A stretch of DNA of 63,765 bases, the filler included, from Perkinsus chesapeaki ATCC PRA-425 (taxonomy: Eukaryota > Protista > Perkinsozoa): assembly GCA_013115145.1 (NCBI GenBank). It is 5 parts of 5 records of this genome, joined end to end, with 100 filler letters (N's around TTAATTAATTAA, not from the genome) between each part and the next. Parts side by side here need not be neighbours in the genome. Positions count along the whole stretch, not along the records: positions 35,574 to 62,292 come from JAAPAO010000503.1; positions 62,393 to 63,765 come from JAAPAO010002007.1; 3 more parts are not named here. One strand, 5' to 3'. A program made the position numbers and the translations under genes. This document shows positions 61,714-63,765 of this stretch, piece after piece. Every line of letters begins with the position of its first letter. Within the stretch, counting starts at the first letter, position 1. A model generated the notes under the pieces. It saw only the letters and a program-made list of their open reading frames with translations. It made no database searches and was not told the DNA's origin.

Positions 61714-62292
61714 TCAATGCCACCAGCTGGGTGGTTCTTTCGTTCCCAATGCATAGAGTGCATCCACTCCGACTGCCGCCCTTTCTGACACGACGGTTGG
61801 CAACTCAGCGTAAGACAGATGACGGCCGAGCTGAATAACACTGTCGCTACCAGACTCGACGGCTTTGCGCGAGCCACGAGTCTCGACATGTGCGGTGTAA
61901 ACGAGATCAGCCAAGGACTTGCTTATAGCAGAACCATAACTGATAGAAGAGCGCCAAAGGGATGACAAAACATTGACTTCAGAATTTTGTGATACAATAC
62001 TTAACGATGGTCTCGAGGAACTCCATAAGGGACGCGTCGAAGGCTGAGGTGTCAGACATTAGAGAAATTATGTCATCGGAAGGCAACTGGAGAATCAGAC
62101 TTTGCTCGCAGTTGAGGAGCACATCTCTACGGATCGACCGAGAGACAGTCAATAGAGGCCGAGAACACAGCTTTGGAACATCGGCAACATTGACAAGGGC
62201 TTTCAAGAGTAACACTGACAGCTTCACGGCCAATTGACGGAGATTAATTTTGCACAAGTCCTCTTCTATAATCGAGGCTTGTCGATGCTGGG
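61714..62292 (-). CDS. 3' fragment of a helical hypothetical protein, 5' lost in the gap
   Basis: Two Leu-rich open segments (LAVKLSVLLLKALVNVADVPKLCSRPLL...; LSSLWRSSISYG...PPSWWH*) abut the spacer. Confidence 0.45.
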
Positions 62293-62392
62293 NNNNNNNN
62301 NNNNNNNNNNNNNNNNNNNNNNNNNNNNNNNNNNNNTTAATTAATTAANNNNNNNNNNNNNNNNNNNNNNNNNNNNNNNNNNNNNNNNNNNN
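62293..62392. other. Assembly spacer
   Basis: 44 N + TTAATTAATTAA + 44 N. Confidence 0.98.
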
Positions 62393-62673
62393 GCGGTTGC
62401 GCGTAGCTTCGGCTAGGATGGATTCGGAGAAAGTTGGACTTAATGACGATAAGTCCGCCATTCACCAACAATGATGGACAAGCCTAGTTTAACGAACACA
62501 AGAATGTTGATTGAAGAAACTGTGACTCAGCAAAGAATCACCAGTCGGTGATGGTGGCATGGAAAGCAATGAAGTCATGAGATTGGCATGTATACGTATT
62601 AGATGGCGGCAGAGTGGCTGACAAGATTCGTGGCGCGCCAACATGCCAGGTCGTTAACCTACTGTCAATGTGG

Positions 62674-63765
62674 CTATCTATATCCTTTCTTATCATGGTC
62701 ATGGTTGTTGTTGTCCTTCTGAGGTTTCACGTAGTCGGCCAGGCCATTTGCAGTTATAGAGAAAGCGCATTCGGCCTCTGGTAGGCAGGGAGAGTCATAC
62801 ACTCTTATGATCTGTAAACAGGAATAGCAGCAGCAGCTTGTGCTCAATACACCAGGCTCACTCGCTTCTCGGAGGCCTGGCCCTTCCGGAGCTGGAGGCG
62901 AGTCTGACTGCTATGCGCCAGAATATTGCCTCCAATTGGTTTGGTAGCATTCGCGGGATTATTGAACATCGAAGGGCCTAAAAGTACCATACCGTGAACC
63001 GGCGATAAGGACTTCTCTCGCCTGGATCGACGTTGGCCACAACCTGGTTAGTGATGACCACGGCCACTCCATACCTGGTGGGAACAGATGGGCAGGCGGC
63101 CAGACGTGGAGTGGGACTCACTCGTCTGCCATTCGCTGAAGCATCCTCAAGAGCCTGCCTAGTAGCTGCTGACGCTCCGCCAGCTCCCCTCGGCCTTGGA
63201 ACTCCGATCGAAGGAGATTCGTCACAGAGTCGACTACGACCAGTGCGTATCTGTTCACGTGAAGACTATCAACTGATAGACCAATTTTACGACCTGCTGG
63301 CACACATGACGCTTGCCGCATCCAGTAGCAGTTGCTGTTGATGGTCGGAGTTGTACGCTCGAGCGTAGACAACATTGGAGAGCACGGTCTCCTTGTCCTG
63401 AGTGGGCATCCATCAGAATGGTTACATCACGACATTAAGCGAGCGTGGACACCACGGCGTGCCGAAAGTGCTATCGGAGGGGTAGTGAAGTATGTGCAAT
63501 ATTTGTGTGATATACCCCGACCTCTTTGAACAATAACCCATCGGCGGCTAAGTTCAGAGAACCGAGGGAAAGCGGGGAGAGAGGCAATGCTTTGGAGGTG
63601 ATGCAACACTGCCAGGATACATTACTTCACGTAGGCAGTAGGTTCAGCCCGGATAGCCTAGGAAGCATTCTAAGCGGCAGTACAACGTCACGTATGAAAG
63701 CGAACACCTACCAGGCCCCATTTTTGCCCCATATCCATAAGTCTCTCCGGACGGAAAGTGCCCTC
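62674..63765 (-). CDS. RAD51: RAD51-family recombinase, C-terminal half (5' end beyond the window)
   Basis: Spliced [18 protein letters not shown]|[35 protein letters not shown]|[43 protein letters not shown]|[16 protein letters not shown]...[21 protein letters not shown]...[22 protein letters not shown]. Confidence 0.93.

Noticed and set aside
1-63765. Selenoprotein gene or SECIS element near SBP2
   Set aside because: I found no conserved reading frame with an in-frame TGA at a Cys-equivalent position, and SECIS elements cannot be called reliably by eye.
1-63765. rRNA, tRNA or SL RNA genes
   Set aside because: No recognisable conserved rRNA segments, cloverleafs or a full SL exon followed by a GT donor were seen.

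Overview
Eukaryotic, intron-rich protist genomic DNA. Its many short (~40-50 nt) GT-AG introns, alveolate-like protein sequences and gene families suggest a Perkinsus-like perkinsozoan; this is inference, not a database result. The window is five contigs joined by four artificial 100-bp spacers (44 N + TTAATTAATTAA + 44 N). The ORF track misses most real genes because exons are short, so I rebuilt them by hand-splicing. Recognisable genes: ARL2, a DHHC palmitoyltransferase, a KATNIP/DUF4457 protein, PI31, glucosidase II alpha (GH31), a CC2D2A/MKS6-like C-terminus, a GT61 glycosyltransferase with a hevein-like module, a Ser/Thr kinase, SECIS-binding protein 2, an STPG/ODF3-repeat protein, a GDA1/CD39 NTPDase, a subtilisin lacking a propeptide, and RAD51. 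There are also two pairs of intronless secreted-protein paralogues (8-Cys peptides; PPSGxYCG proteins) and two minisatellites. The most striking object is an apparently intact tyrosine-recombinase (Ngaro/DIRS-like) retrotransposon at 30410-35473 on the minus strand. A GTAAGT donor just before its gag stop is in phase with AG acceptors opening both the RT/RNase H and YR frames, neither of which has an early ATG. This predicts Gag, Gag-Pol and possibly Gag-YR products made by alternative splicing.
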